Positions 21,069 through 29,534 are shown, numbered from the stretch's first letter. The stretch: DNA of 44,186 bases from Patescibacteria group bacterium (GCA_029260985.1 JAJDCE010000123.1:1-44186); one strand, 5' to 3'. The notes: generated by a model not told the origin, from the sequence alone. Numbers and translations: made by a program.

Positions 21069-21122
21069 CTGAAGGCGCGGAATCGTTTCCGCGCTGGCGC
21101 GATTGTAAAATCGCACCTTCAG
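21069..21122 (-). other. Compact structured element: outer stem enclosing two hairpins
   Basis: On the plus strand: CTGAAGG...CCTTCAG as the outer stem, with inner hairpins CGCGGAA-TCGT-TTCCGCG and GCGATT-GTAA-AATCGC. It lies between the TauE-like stop (21139) and the riboflavin kinase ATG (21048). Confidence 0.6.
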
Positions 21123-21138
21123 GATTTGGGGTTTGAAT

Positions 21139-21882
21139 TTATAACAATAAGCTTTTTAGGGCCAGCAATATAATAACAATGCTGAACACGATTCTCAAAT
21201 AATGGGAGCGGGTTTTTAAAACCAAATTAGCCCCGATAAAAGCCCCAAAAGCCCTTCCAGCAAAAAGCGGGATGGCAAGTATAGGGTCAATAAAGCCATT
21301 GATCCAAAGTAAAAGAACTGCTGGCAACACTCCAATTAGCACAATCGGCTGTCGGTTTTCAATAGCTCGCTTAAACTTTAATCCAAATAAGTACATCAAT
21401 ACAAAAGTAAGCATCGTGCCGGTTGATGCCGTGATCACCATGGTATAAATCCCCAACAGAAAAGCCAGAAATAATCCCAACACCTTCTTTCCATTTCGAA
21501 CCTTATCTAATGGGAGCTTTTCCGGATTTTTGAATAAAGTCAAAAATGCAAAGAAGATGATCATGGCTGATACTGCTTTTTTGATCAATTCACCATCAAT
21601 TTGAATGAGAACAAAAACCCCGATCAGCGTTCCCACTAAAAAAGCGGGGGCAACCCAGGTAACAATATCCCGATAGACTTTTTTATTCTTCAAAAAAATC
21701 CAACTCCCAGTCATTGTTTGTCCAATAGCTCCCAACTGATTGGTGGCAATGGCTACCTTTGGATCAACGCCTAAAAGAAAAAGAGTTGGAAGTGTCAAAA
21801 AACTTCCCCCTCCAAAGATTAACCCATACATGCCTGCAAAGGAAGTGACCAGGAAAACTAAAATGTATTCTTGCAATACCAT
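21139..21882 (-). CDS. TauE/SafE (DUF81) family anion exporter
   Basis: 247 aa, about 8 TM helices, with GGGSFLTLPTLFLLG near the N-terminus. Confidence 0.7.
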   Translation of the reverse strand: MVLQEYILVFLVTSFAGMYGLIFGGGSFLTLPTLFLLGVDPKVAIATNQLGAIGQTMTGSWIFLKNKKVYRDIVTWVAPAFLVGTLIGVFVLIQIDGELIKKAVSAMIIFFAFLTLFKNPEKLPLDKVRNGKKVLGLFLAFLLGIYTMVITASTGTMLTFVLMYLFGLKFKRAIENRQPIVLIGVLPAVLLLWINGFIDPILAIPLFAGRAFGAFIGANLVLKTRSHYLRIVFSIVIILLALKSLLL

Positions 21883-21958
21883 TTTTATACTTTTTACTGA
21901 AAATGATTGTACCTTAAAAAAGGTTGATCTAAAATAGAGACGCCCTAATTAAATCAAT

Positions 21959-23464
21959 ATGCGAAAAATTCCTGCGACCATGGCCACTCAGCATCCAGAT
22001 AATGCGAGTGCATGTTATTGGAACCAGAAAAAATTCATCAATTCACTCGATGAAGTTGAAGAGTGTTACCGAATGTTCCATGAACTCAAGTGCACTGAAT
22101 ATATGTGGGATTGGGAGGGTAAATTTGTCGATGAGGCGGTGGTCGAAAAGCTATATCAGCGGTACCACGACTTCTTCAGGAAAAATAAATTAGGGAAAGA
22201 TGTATTTCTTACTTTCCGTATTCCTAATGTCGATGAAGAAAGTGGATTCAGATTGGCTCGTGCCTATATGGCCATTTTGACAGCCGACGATTTGGCGCAT
22301 GAGGTTGGCATGAATACTCCTCCGATTTTTGAAGCAATCCTGCCCATGACCAAAAATGCTAAGCAGCTCATCAACGTTAAAAAGACCTTCCATCAAGTCG
22401 AGGAATTTAAAAAGAAAGCCTTTAACACCAAACGAAAAACCCCTCATGAATTCAACGTCATTCCGCTAATTGAAGGTGTTGAATATTTAACCAGCGCCGA
22501 TAAAATCCTGAATGAGTACGTTGATGGCTGTAAAGCTGAATTTGGTAAAAAACCGGAATATTTGAGGCCATTCATCGCACGTTCAGACCCAGCCATGAAC
22601 GCCGGTCTGATACCAGCAGTGCTTTCATGCAAAATCGCTCTACAACAATTTTACGAAGTGGGTAAGAAGCACAACATCGGCATTTATCCGATTATCGGCC
22701 CTGGCTGTCTTCCGTTCCGAGGAGGCGTCAATCCCGAAACCATCAAAAAAACCATTCAGGAGTACAGCGGGATTCGGACCATCACTATTCAATCCGGCTT
22801 TCGTTACGACTACCCTCTTCCAACGGTCAAAAAAGCGATTAAATATATCGAAGAAACACTGCCGAAACTCAGCTTTTCACCACTGACAAAAAAAGAGATT
22901 AATGACATCCATCAGGTCAACAAAGTTTTTGGAGGATATTACAAATCCACTGTTGAACGGGCGGCAAAACTCATCAATCAAATTGCCAGCCAGGTACCCG
23001 GCCGTCGAGAGCGAATGTTACACATCGGTTTGTTTGGGTATTCGCGTGGTATCGGCAAAGTCAGCCTTCCTCGGGCGATCAAATTCACAGGCTCACTCTA
23101 CTCAATCGGCGTACCTCCCGAATTCATTGGAATGGGACGAGGGCTAAGAGACGCGATGAAAGACGGTACGCTAAAAACAATTGAAAAACATTATCTTAAC
23201 CTCAGAGCTGACTTCATTCATGCAGGTAAATACCTTAACAAAGAAAACTTAAACGAACTCGCCAAAAAATATCCAGTTTTTCAGGAGATTAAGGAGGATG
23301 TTCAGGAAGTTGAAAACTATTTGCGCCTCGAACTAGGTCCTATCAAAACAAAGCATTTTATTTATCGTAATCTTGCTTCGTCAATTTATTTACGCCTCAA
23401 GGAGAAGGAGGATTTTTCTAGTGAGCTAGAGGAGGCAGCTTCGATTCGGAAAAGTTTAGGGTAA
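21959..23464 (+). CDS. ppcA: Archaeal-type phosphoenolpyruvate carboxylase (PEPcase type 2)
   Basis: 501 aa, against ~900 aa for the bacterial enzyme. N-terminal IPATMATQHPDNA is the hallmark of the atPEPC family. Confidence 0.8.
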   Translation: MRKIPATMATQHPDNASACYWNQKKFINSLDEVEECYRMFHELKCTEYMWDWEGKFVDEAVVEKLYQRYHDFFRKNKLGKDVFLTFRIPNVDEESGFRLARAYMAILTADDLAHEVGMNTPPIFEAILPMTKNAKQLINVKKTFHQVEEFKKKAFNTKRKTPHEFNVIPLIEGVEYLTSADKILNEYVDGCKAEFGKKPEYLRPFIARSDPAMNAGLIPAVLSCKIALQQFYEVGKKHNIGIYPIIGPGCLPFRGGVNPETIKKTIQEYSGIRTITIQSGFRYDYPLPTVKKAIKYIEETLPKLSFSPLTKKEINDIHQVNKVFGGYYKSTVERAAKLINQIASQVPGRRERMLHIGLFGYSRGIGKVSLPRAIKFTGSLYSIGVPPEFIGMGRGLRDAMKDGTLKTIEKHYLNLRADFIHAGKYLNKENLNELAKKYPVFQEIKEDVQEVENYLRLELGPIKTKHFIYRNLASSIYLRLKEKEDFSSELEEAASIRKSLG

Positions 23465-23481
23465 TCTTTTTAACCTAGCCT

Positions 23482-23509
23482 GTAAGTGAAGATAGTTATC
23501 TTCACTTAC
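23482..23509. repeat. Perfect 13-bp inverted repeat between ppcA and the aminotransferase gene
   Basis: GTAAGTGAAGATA-GT-TATCTTCACTTAC. No U-tract follows it. Confidence 0.8.
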
Positions 23510-23519
23510 GAAACACTAC

Positions 23520-24686
23520 ATGCTCTCACAACGAATTCAAAATCTTAAGCCCAGCGCTACAATCGCGATTAACACTAAAGCGATCGAACTCCAGAAACAA
23601 GGAGTCGACATCTTGAAGTTCGGAATTGGCGAACCCGACTTCGACACACCTGAAAACATTAAGCAGGCTGCCAAACGAGCCATAGATGAAGGCTTTACCA
23701 AATACACAGTGGGAACTGGTATTTTAGAATTAAAGGAGGCGGTTTGCACAAAGCTGATCAGAGATAATAAGGTTGAATGTGATACTTCAAATGTGCTGAT
23801 CACCAATGGCGGTAAGCAGGCCCTCTATAATTGCTTTATGGCGCTCCTCAATCCGGGCGATGAAGTAATTATCCCATCTCCTTACTGGGTCAGCTATACC
23901 GATATGATCGCCGTGTGCGAGGGGCAGTCAGTATTTGTCGACACCACTTCAAACCAATTCAAACTCACGGCAGAAATGGTGAAGACGGCAATAAGCCCGA
24001 AAACCAAATGTATAATCCTCAACAGTCCCAGCAACCCCACCGGAATGACAATCGAGAAAGAGGAAGTGGAAAAAATAGCGGAACTGGCCCTTGAGCATCA
24101 ATTTTATATCATTTCTGACGAAGTCTATGAGTACTTTATATACGATGGAAAGGAAATGTTCTCAGTCGCCAGTCTGCCCGGAATGAAAGACAGGGTATTT
24201 ACCGTAAACGCCGTTTCAAAAACCTATGCCATGACAGGGTGGAGAATAGGCTATATTACCGGTCCGGAAAAAGTGATTAAAGCGATGGGAAATCTTCAAA
24301 GCCATTCAACTTCTAACCCTTGTTCCATTGCTCAAAAAGCGGCCCTGGAGGCCATAAACGGACCGCAGGATTCAGTTAAAATGATGGCAGAGGAATACTT
24401 GAAGCGACGCAATTTTGTTTATGAGGCCATGAGTGAAATTCCAGGCTTCAAACTGACAAAACCTGAAGGCGCCTTTTACGCTTTTCCAGACGTGAGCGGA
24501 GCATTTACAGATCAGATAAATGACAGCTTTAAATTCACAGAATTCTTACTGGAAAAGGCTCATGTGGCTGTCGTCCCCGGTGGTGCATTTGGAGCAGCGG
24601 GTAACAATTGCATCCGATTTTCTTATGCCTCTTCAATGGATCAGATAAAAGAGGGAATTCGACGAATAACGGAGGCTTTAGCCTGA
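23520..24686 (+). CDS. aspC: Aspartate/class-I pyridoxal-phosphate aminotransferase
   Basis: 388 aa. Motifs GEPDFDTP, NSPSNPTG and SKTYAMTGWRIGY (PLP lysine). Confidence 0.85.
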   Translation: MLSQRIQNLKPSATIAINTKAIELQKQGVDILKFGIGEPDFDTPENIKQAAKRAIDEGFTKYTVGTGILELKEAVCTKLIRDNKVECDTSNVLITNGGKQALYNCFMALLNPGDEVIIPSPYWVSYTDMIAVCEGQSVFVDTTSNQFKLTAEMVKTAISPKTKCIILNSPSNPTGMTIEKEEVEKIAELALEHQFYIISDEVYEYFIYDGKEMFSVASLPGMKDRVFTVNAVSKTYAMTGWRIGYITGPEKVIKAMGNLQSHSTSNPCSIAQKAALEAINGPQDSVKMMAEEYLKRRNFVYEAMSEIPGFKLTKPEGAFYAFPDVSGAFTDQINDSFKFTEFLLEKAHVAVVPGGAFGAAGNNCIRFSYASSMDQIKEGIRRITEALA

Positions 24687-24689
24687 CAT

Positions 24690-24718
24690 TTGACACCAAA
24701 GCATACTACACTTAACAT
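24690..24718 (+). promoter_or_regulatory. Putative promoter TTGACA-17 nt-TAACAT
   Basis: -35 element at 24690-24695 and -10 element at 24713-24718. A strong SD-like AAAGGGGGG lies just before the ATG at 24825. Confidence 0.35.
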
Positions 24719-24824
24719 GAACTCCCGTATTCCAGTCCACCTAGTGGTGCTGGATGCGTTGATATACTCATAGTGTTCTTTAACAAGTGTCCGTTTTTTA
24801 ACAACCAACCCAAAGGGGGGTGTC

Positions 24825-25724
24825 ATGTCACAGTCTGCTGGAATGAATCTGGCCGCTCTGTTCGTTATTGGACTGGTGGCACTCTTTATTGCGTCACTGT
24901 TCCTGCGCCAGTGTTTCAAGTTTTACCAGCCCATTCTGAAGCGTCTTGGGCAAATCACAATCGGAGAAAGTTTTCGTCCATTTTCCCCTAACTGGATCAC
25001 GATCCAGGGCTTGTTTATCACCATCGGTGGCTTTGCCATCTTTGTTTGGTGGGACGCATGGTGGGGGATAGCGATCAGTGCGTTTGGTGCCGCCCTGGAC
25101 CGTCTCGACGGCAAAATGGCTTATGCTATGGGCCAGCAGCTAACACCTCCCAGTGAGTGGAAAACGGATGCGGAGCGCAATGCTCTGGCCACGGTAAAAC
25201 GTGCGTCCGGAGACGAAGTGATCATCATCCCGGACTCTACCAATCGGCTCTGGCTCTTCTGGTTCGAATTCAACTTTTCCGGAACCACAGACCTCGGCAA
25301 AGTATTGGATCCGTTCGCGGACAAACTTAAGTCGACGGCCATGCTGGCCTACTTCGGCTGGTGGACGGACGTTTTGAATCCATGGCTCGTCGCCCTGATG
25401 ATTGCCCCGGAAGTTTTCGGGACACTGATGCGACGCCCCTTCACGTTTCTGCGTGACTGGATCTACGACAGCAAAGCCAGCATAGTAGGCAAGCTCAAAG
25501 CCCTGACCCAATGGGTCGTTATTGCGCTTTGCCTCCCCTTTCATATGGGGTATTGCGCCGCTGGCGGCTGGTGCGAACTTTTTATGATCGTACCCAATGC
25601 CATATTGGCGTTGTCGGTTTTGTTTGCTGTCCTGAGCGTCTTGTCGCGAATGATTTTCGTTCAACGGTACACATGGCTCAAAAGGATCATTACCATGTTC
25701 CAGAGAGCCGCTAGCCACGACTAA
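24825..25724 (+). CDS. Polytopic membrane protein, divergent CDP-alcohol phosphatidyltransferase-like, in a GC-rich segment
   Basis: 299 aa. DRLDGKMA (D-x2-D-G-x2-A), then 58 residues later GKVLDPFAD (G-x3-D-x3-D). Multiple TM helices. Sampled lines run ~55-62% GC, against ~35-42% elsewhere. Confidence 0.5.
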   Translation: MSQSAGMNLAALFVIGLVALFIASLFLRQCFKFYQPILKRLGQITIGESFRPFSPNWITIQGLFITIGGFAIFVWWDAWWGIAISAFGAALDRLDGKMAYAMGQQLTPPSEWKTDAERNALATVKRASGDEVIIIPDSTNRLWLFWFEFNFSGTTDLGKVLDPFADKLKSTAMLAYFGWWTDVLNPWLVALMIAPEVFGTLMRRPFTFLRDWIYDSKASIVGKLKALTQWVVIALCLPFHMGYCAAGGWCELFMIVPNAILALSVLFAVLSVLSRMIFVQRYTWLKRIITMFQRAASHD

Positions 25725-25740
25725 GAAGGATACTATGAGG

Positions 25741-25773
25741 AGGCGGTCTCGCGCAATGCGGGGCCGTCTTTTC
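25741..25773 (+). terminator. Terminator-like hairpin after the GC-rich gene
   Basis: AGGCGGTC ... GGCCGTCT (8 bp including 2 G-U pairs) followed by TTTCC. Confidence 0.35.
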
Positions 25774-25816
25774 CTATACTTAAATTCCTGCGTTGCGACA
25801 CCAACTCGCGTTGCTC

Positions 25817-25834
25817 ACGACTCCTGCTTTGCGA
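25817..25834. repeat. Left arm of the 18-bp inverted repeat flanking the four-helix-bundle gene
   Basis: ACGACTCCTGCTTTGCGA is the perfect reverse complement of 26308-26325. Confidence 0.9.
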
Positions 25835-25922
25835 TATCAATCCCACTTCCACATTGAAAGGTTTAAATGTAATGTGCTATATTAACAACCTTTTTTGAAT
25901 ATAATTGATAATTTTGATTAAA

Positions 25923-26297
25923 ATGAATTTTAATGATCTAGCTATTTATAAAATTGGGCTGAATTTAACCAAAGAGGTTCAAACGCTAATTAATTCGAAA
26001 TCTGCACTGAGCTATTTTAGTGTATCTAAACAGTTAGTAAGATCCAGTTGTTCAGTACCTGCAAATATTGCTGAGGGCTTTGCTAAAAAAGTATATCCAA
26101 AAGAATTTATCAGATATTTGAATATCGCATTAGGATCAAGCGATGAATCTCAAAGTCACATAGCAGTTTTATTTGTAAACAACTATATTGCCCAAAAGGA
26201 GTTTGATTATTTTTCAGCTAAATATAAGGGCTTATCTATAAAAATACTGAAATTAATCAAAACAATTAGAAAAGATAAAAATATCCCAATAAAATAA
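25923..26297 (+). CDS. Four-helix-bundle protein (23S rRNA intervening-sequence protein / Avd-like family)
   Basis: MNFNDLAIYK...QLVRSSCSVPANIAEGFAKK...EFIRYLNIALGSSDESQSH matches the family pattern QL.RS..SI..NIAEG ... GS..E. The track ORF starts at a TTG (25905). ATG at 25923. Confidence 0.8.
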   Translation: MNFNDLAIYKIGLNLTKEVQTLINSKSALSYFSVSKQLVRSSCSVPANIAEGFAKKVYPKEFIRYLNIALGSSDESQSHIAVLFVNNYIAQKEFDYFSAKYKGLSIKILKLIKTIRKDKNIPIK

Positions 26298-26307
26298 TCA
26301 ACCTAAG

Positions 26308-26325
26308 TCGCAAAGCAGGAGTCGT
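26308..26325. repeat. Right arm of the 18-bp inverted repeat flanking the four-helix-bundle gene
   Basis: TCGCAAAGCAGGAGTCGT, followed by a small hairpin GTTGCC-ACA-GGCAAC (26324-26338). Confidence 0.9.
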
Positions 26326-26365
26326 TGCCACAGGCAACAGGTATCGCGAGCAAAGCGAGCAGAAC

Positions 26366-26914
26366 TTATTTCCACTTAATCGAACACCCCATTGATGGCT
26401 TCTGTTCTTCCGTCACGGGCTGACCAGAAAGCATGGCATCCAAAGCTTCTCTGAGGTCTTTTTGAGTTACTGCCGATTCATCTTTCCAGCTATCGTCCAA
26501 GCGTCCGTGATAGGTCAATTTTTTATCCGCATTAAATACATAAATATCGGGCGTGCATTGAGCTTGGTATGCTTTTGCAGCCTCTTGTGATTCATCCCTT
26601 AAATAGACAAAATTGATTCCAGCTTCCTCTACCCATTTTTGCATATTTTCAAACGAATCTTCCGGATAATTATCAGCCTCATTCGCATTGATCCCAATCA
26701 CCTGAACCCCTTTTTCAGCATAATCGGATTGAAGTTTGATTAGTCGATCAATAATAGCTATTACATAGGGGCAATGATTGCACATAAAGATAACAACCAA
26801 TGCCTTTTTGTCAGCAAAATCAGCCGGAGAATAATTTTTCCCATCCGTTCCGGGCAAATTAAAATCGATAAGCTCTGAGCCCATCGGCAATTGAAGTGAC
26901 TCTAATAAGGCCAT
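26366..26914 (-). CDS. Thioredoxin-fold thiol-disulfide oxidoreductase (redoxin/AhpC-TSA-like)
   Basis: 182 aa with CxxC motif CNHCPY in the context VVIFMCNHCPYV. Confidence 0.75.
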   Translation of the reverse strand: MALLESLQLPMGSELIDFNLPGTDGKNYSPADFADKKALVVIFMCNHCPYVIAIIDRLIKLQSDYAEKGVQVIGINANEADNYPEDSFENMQKWVEEAGINFVYLRDESQEAAKAYQAQCTPDIYVFNADKKLTYHGRLDDSWKDESAVTQKDLREALDAMLSGQPVTEEQKPSMGCSIKWK

Positions 26915-27010
26915 AATAATCTAATTAGCTATTTATCTAATGCTCTATTTTGAATATATCAAGATCCTCAAATAGAATAATAGCTCAATAGAAAATAGCG
27001 AAATAATATG

Positions 27011-27087
27011 TGGTGGAGATGAGGGGACTTGAACCCCTGACCCCTTGCATGCCATGCAAGTGCTCTAGCCAACTGAGCTACATCCCC
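27011..27087 (-). tRNA. tRNA-Ala(GGC) with encoded CCA
   Basis: The reverse complement folds as GGGGATG/TA/GCTC-AGTTGGCTA-GAGC/A/CTTGC-ATGGCAT-GCAAG/GGGTC/AGGGG-TTCAAGT-CCCCT/CATCTCC/ACCA. The G3:U70 identity pair is present. Confidence 0.93.
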
Positions 27088-27138
27088 ACAGTTAGCGGGA
27101 TCATTTTAATTAATTATGTCCAAGTTGTCGACGTTTTT

Positions 27139-27708
27139 TCAAGCCTGATACAGATATACCCGATCCTCTTTTTTAACAGGCTTCACTTCATGAATTTCAA
27201 AAGCGTTCGAAACCACTCGGGTTCCTGGCTTTAAGTGAGGCCACACTTCTTTATAAAAGGTCTTCATCGCTTTCGGTAAAAGGTAGCAAAAAATGACATC
27301 AGCGTCTTTGTAGTCTTGCTTCCATATGTTTCCAAAACGAATATGGGCATTATTTCGGCTAAACAAAGCTCTCAGCTTTCCAAAAAGAACAAGTGGAATT
27401 GAGAGCTCATACCCTATCGCTTTTTTGGTATATCGCGCTGCTTCAAAAATCAACCGCCCGTCCCCGCAACCCAAATCATACACAACGTCATCTGCACCCA
27501 AATCAGCCAGTTTCAGCATCGTCCGATGTCGTTTTCGGCTCGATGGCACGAAAGGACCACTTGAAATGGCTGCATAAAACCCAGGGATCAGCAAAAGAAA
27601 CAGAATTGAGATGATAATCCGAGGATCAATATTCGTAATGCCAAATGCATAAAAAACAACAATAGTAATCAGCCCTGCCAATAATACAAAAATTGCGCCT
27701 TCTGCCAT
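27139..27708 (-). CDS. Membrane-anchored class I SAM-dependent methyltransferase
   Basis: 189 aa. Two N-terminal TM helices, then motif I VYDLGCGDGRLIFEAA. Confidence 0.75.
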   Translation of the reverse strand: MAEGAIFVLLAGLITIVVFYAFGITNIDPRIIISILFLLLIPGFYAAISSGPFVPSSRKRHRTMLKLADLGADDVVYDLGCGDGRLIFEAARYTKKAIGYELSIPLVLFGKLRALFSRNNAHIRFGNIWKQDYKDADVIFCYLLPKAMKTFYKEVWPHLKPGTRVVSNAFEIHEVKPVKKEDRVYLYQA

Positions 27709-27778
27709 TTAAAACCACATAACGAAATAATATTTCGACAAGCTCACTAACCTTGTCGATGTAACGATACAATAAATA

Positions 27779-27807
27779 TTGATCGTTTGTCATGATATCT
27801 TTATAAT
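27779..27807 (+). promoter_or_regulatory. Putative promoter TTGATC-17 nt-TATAAT for tRNA-Val
   Basis: -35 element at 27779-27784 and -10 element at 27802-27807, ~50 nt upstream of the tRNA. Confidence 0.45.
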
Positions 27808-27858
27808 TTGGCTACTTTCGGGCGATTCGCTATGGCTCACGCGGTTGCTCAACAATTA

Positions 27859-27935
27859 GGGCGGTTAGCTCAGTTGGCTAGAGCGCGTCATTGACGTTGA
27901 TGAGGTCAGAGGTTCGACTCCTCTACCGCCCACCA
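27859..27935 (+). tRNA. tRNA-Val(GAC) with encoded CCA
   Basis: GGGCGGT/TA/GCTC-AGTTGGCTA-GAGC/G/CGTCA-TTGACGT-TGATG/AGGTC/AGAGG-TTCGACT-CCTCT/ACCGCCC/ACCA. Confidence 0.93.
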
Positions 27936-27975
27936 TTAGTATTTTTGAACATTTATCTTTTAATCATTTCGTCAT

Positions 27976-28281
27976 ATGAAAGAATGTATTGCTTGTGGGA
28001 TGCCCCTTATAAAACCAGAAGATTGTGCAGGGGGTGATTTGAATGCGGTCAGTTGTATACATTGTACGAATAGTGACGGCAAGCTGAAGTCATGTAATGA
28101 AATCTTTGAGGGGGGAGTTCATTTTTTTATTGAAGCAACAGGATCGTCGAAAGGGGATGCAGAAAAGCTTGTACGAAAAAATATGTGTTTTTTGGATCAT
28201 TGGAAGGAAAACCCATGTGAATGTTTAGGCGGAGAGCAGGCCACCGATGAGGAATACCAGGCTGCCCTTGAAAAGCTATAA
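27976..28281 (+). CDS. Zinc-ribbon domain protein
   Basis: 101 aa. CIACGMP...CIHC cysteine pairs at the N-terminus, consistent with the putative zinc ribbon family. Confidence 0.6.
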   Translation: MKECIACGMPLIKPEDCAGGDLNAVSCIHCTNSDGKLKSCNEIFEGGVHFFIEATGSSKGDAEKLVRKNMCFLDHWKENPCECLGGEQATDEEYQAALEKL

Positions 28282-28418
28282 AAGCGAGGATCAATATTAC
28301 AAATCACATTCATAAATCTAAAAAGGTTATAATTTGTGATATATGCATTACCGCTTATATTCGTTTGATTTAATCAGGCTTTTTTCCTAGACTGTTAACG
28401 AAAACTAACACGGAAAAT

Positions 28419-29474
28419 ATGTTTGATTACAACAAAATTTTGGCAACCAGCCTATGGAACAACACGATTCAGGATTATCTAGTGGCGCTAGGTATATTAG
28501 TCGGTTTCCTGGTTGTTTTTAAACTATTTAAATCCATTGTTTTAGTTCGCATAAAAAAGTGGTCAAAAAAAACCAAAACCGATATTGATGACGAGCTCGT
28601 AGCAATGATCGAAAAAATACCTGGATTTGCTTATTTATATGTCGCTTTTTACATTTCCCTATATTCTCTAAACATCCATTCAACTTTTGAAAATGTTGCC
28701 GCAGCCTTACTCATTATTCTGATCTTCTACTGGGCCACTCAGGCCGCCAGTAACCTGATAGAATTCATCCTGTATAAGCACGCAAAGGGCGAAAAGGGAG
28801 CACACAAAACAAACGCCTATTTTGCCATCAATTTAGTCGCCAAGATCGTACTCTGGAGCACTGGTCTGCTTTTAGTTCTATCTAACTTAGGGGTGAATAT
28901 TTCAGCCCTAGTCGCTAGCTTAGGAATTGGGGGTATCGCCATCGCTTTGGCTGTCCAAAATATCCTCGGTGATCTCTTCAGCTCCTTTTCCATCTACTTC
29001 GATAAACCGTTCGAAATCGGTGATTTTATCATTGTCGGTGACCACATGGGCACCGTAAAAAAAATCGGCCTCAAAACCACTCGAATCGCAGCCCTTGAAG
29101 GAGAAGAAATCGTCATATCAAATAGCGAGCTCACCAGCACACGTGTCAGGAATTTCAAGAAGATGAAAAAACGACGTATTTTATTTGAAATCCATGCCAC
29201 TTACGACACTACCAATGAGCAAATGAAAGCTATGCCTAAAATGATCGAAAAAACCATTAAGAAAGTAAAACTCTGTGATTACGACAGAGCTCATTTTAAA
29301 GAATTTGGAGATTCCGGACTTATTATCGAAGTGGTTTACTTTCTAGAATCTGGTGATTACAAGGTGTACATGGATACTCGTCAGGAAATCAATATGGGCA
29401 TTAAAGAAGCCTTCGAAAAAGAAGGAATCAAAATGGCCTTCCCAACGCGAACCATCTACATGGAAAAACAATAA
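28419..29474 (+). CDS. mscS: Small-conductance mechanosensitive channel (MscS family)
   Basis: 351 aa with N-terminal TM helices. Pore/beta-domain motif NILGDLFSSFSIYFDKPFEIGDFIIVGDHMGTVKKIGLKTTRI. Confidence 0.85.
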   Translation: MFDYNKILATSLWNNTIQDYLVALGILVGFLVVFKLFKSIVLVRIKKWSKKTKTDIDDELVAMIEKIPGFAYLYVAFYISLYSLNIHSTFENVAAALLIILIFYWATQAASNLIEFILYKHAKGEKGAHKTNAYFAINLVAKIVLWSTGLLLVLSNLGVNISALVASLGIGGIAIALAVQNILGDLFSSFSIYFDKPFEIGDFIIVGDHMGTVKKIGLKTTRIAALEGEEIVISNSELTSTRVRNFKKMKKRRILFEIHATYDTTNEQMKAMPKMIEKTIKKVKLCDYDRAHFKEFGDSGLIIEVVYFLESGDYKVYMDTRQEINMGIKEAFEKEGIKMAFPTRTIYMEKQ

Positions 29475-29498
29475 TTAAAATAGGAGATTGGGCTTTAA

Positions 29499-29526
29499 GG
29501 CTTATCACTTACAGCTTATTACTTAC
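29499..29526. repeat. 14-nt tandem duplication (heptad pattern NNCTTAY x4)
   Basis: GGCTTATCACTTAC / AGCTTATTACTTAC (12/14 identical), between the convergent mscS and cutA stops. Confidence 0.8.
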
Positions 29527-29534
29527 CATAGGGC

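Noticed and set aside
21069-21122. Guanidine-II (mini-ykkC) riboswitch
   Set aside because: That class needs two hairpins that each have an ACGR loop. Here only one loop is ACGA and the other is UUAC. The downstream gene is not a guanidine transporter.
25140-25718. 192-aa minus-strand ORF, plus 24923-25114 and 25121-25342
   Set aside because: Long antisense ORFs are expected in a GC-rich segment. The plus-strand frame has TM helices, the CDP-alcohol transferase motif halves and a strong SD.
25923-26297. Diversity-generating retroelement, suggested by the Avd-like four-helix-bundle protein
   Set aside because: There is no reverse transcriptase ORF and no template/variable repeat pair nearby.
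27010-27234. 74-aa plus-strand ORF
   Set aside because: Its first third is the antisense of tRNA-Ala. The rest overlaps the 3' end of the methyltransferase gene.
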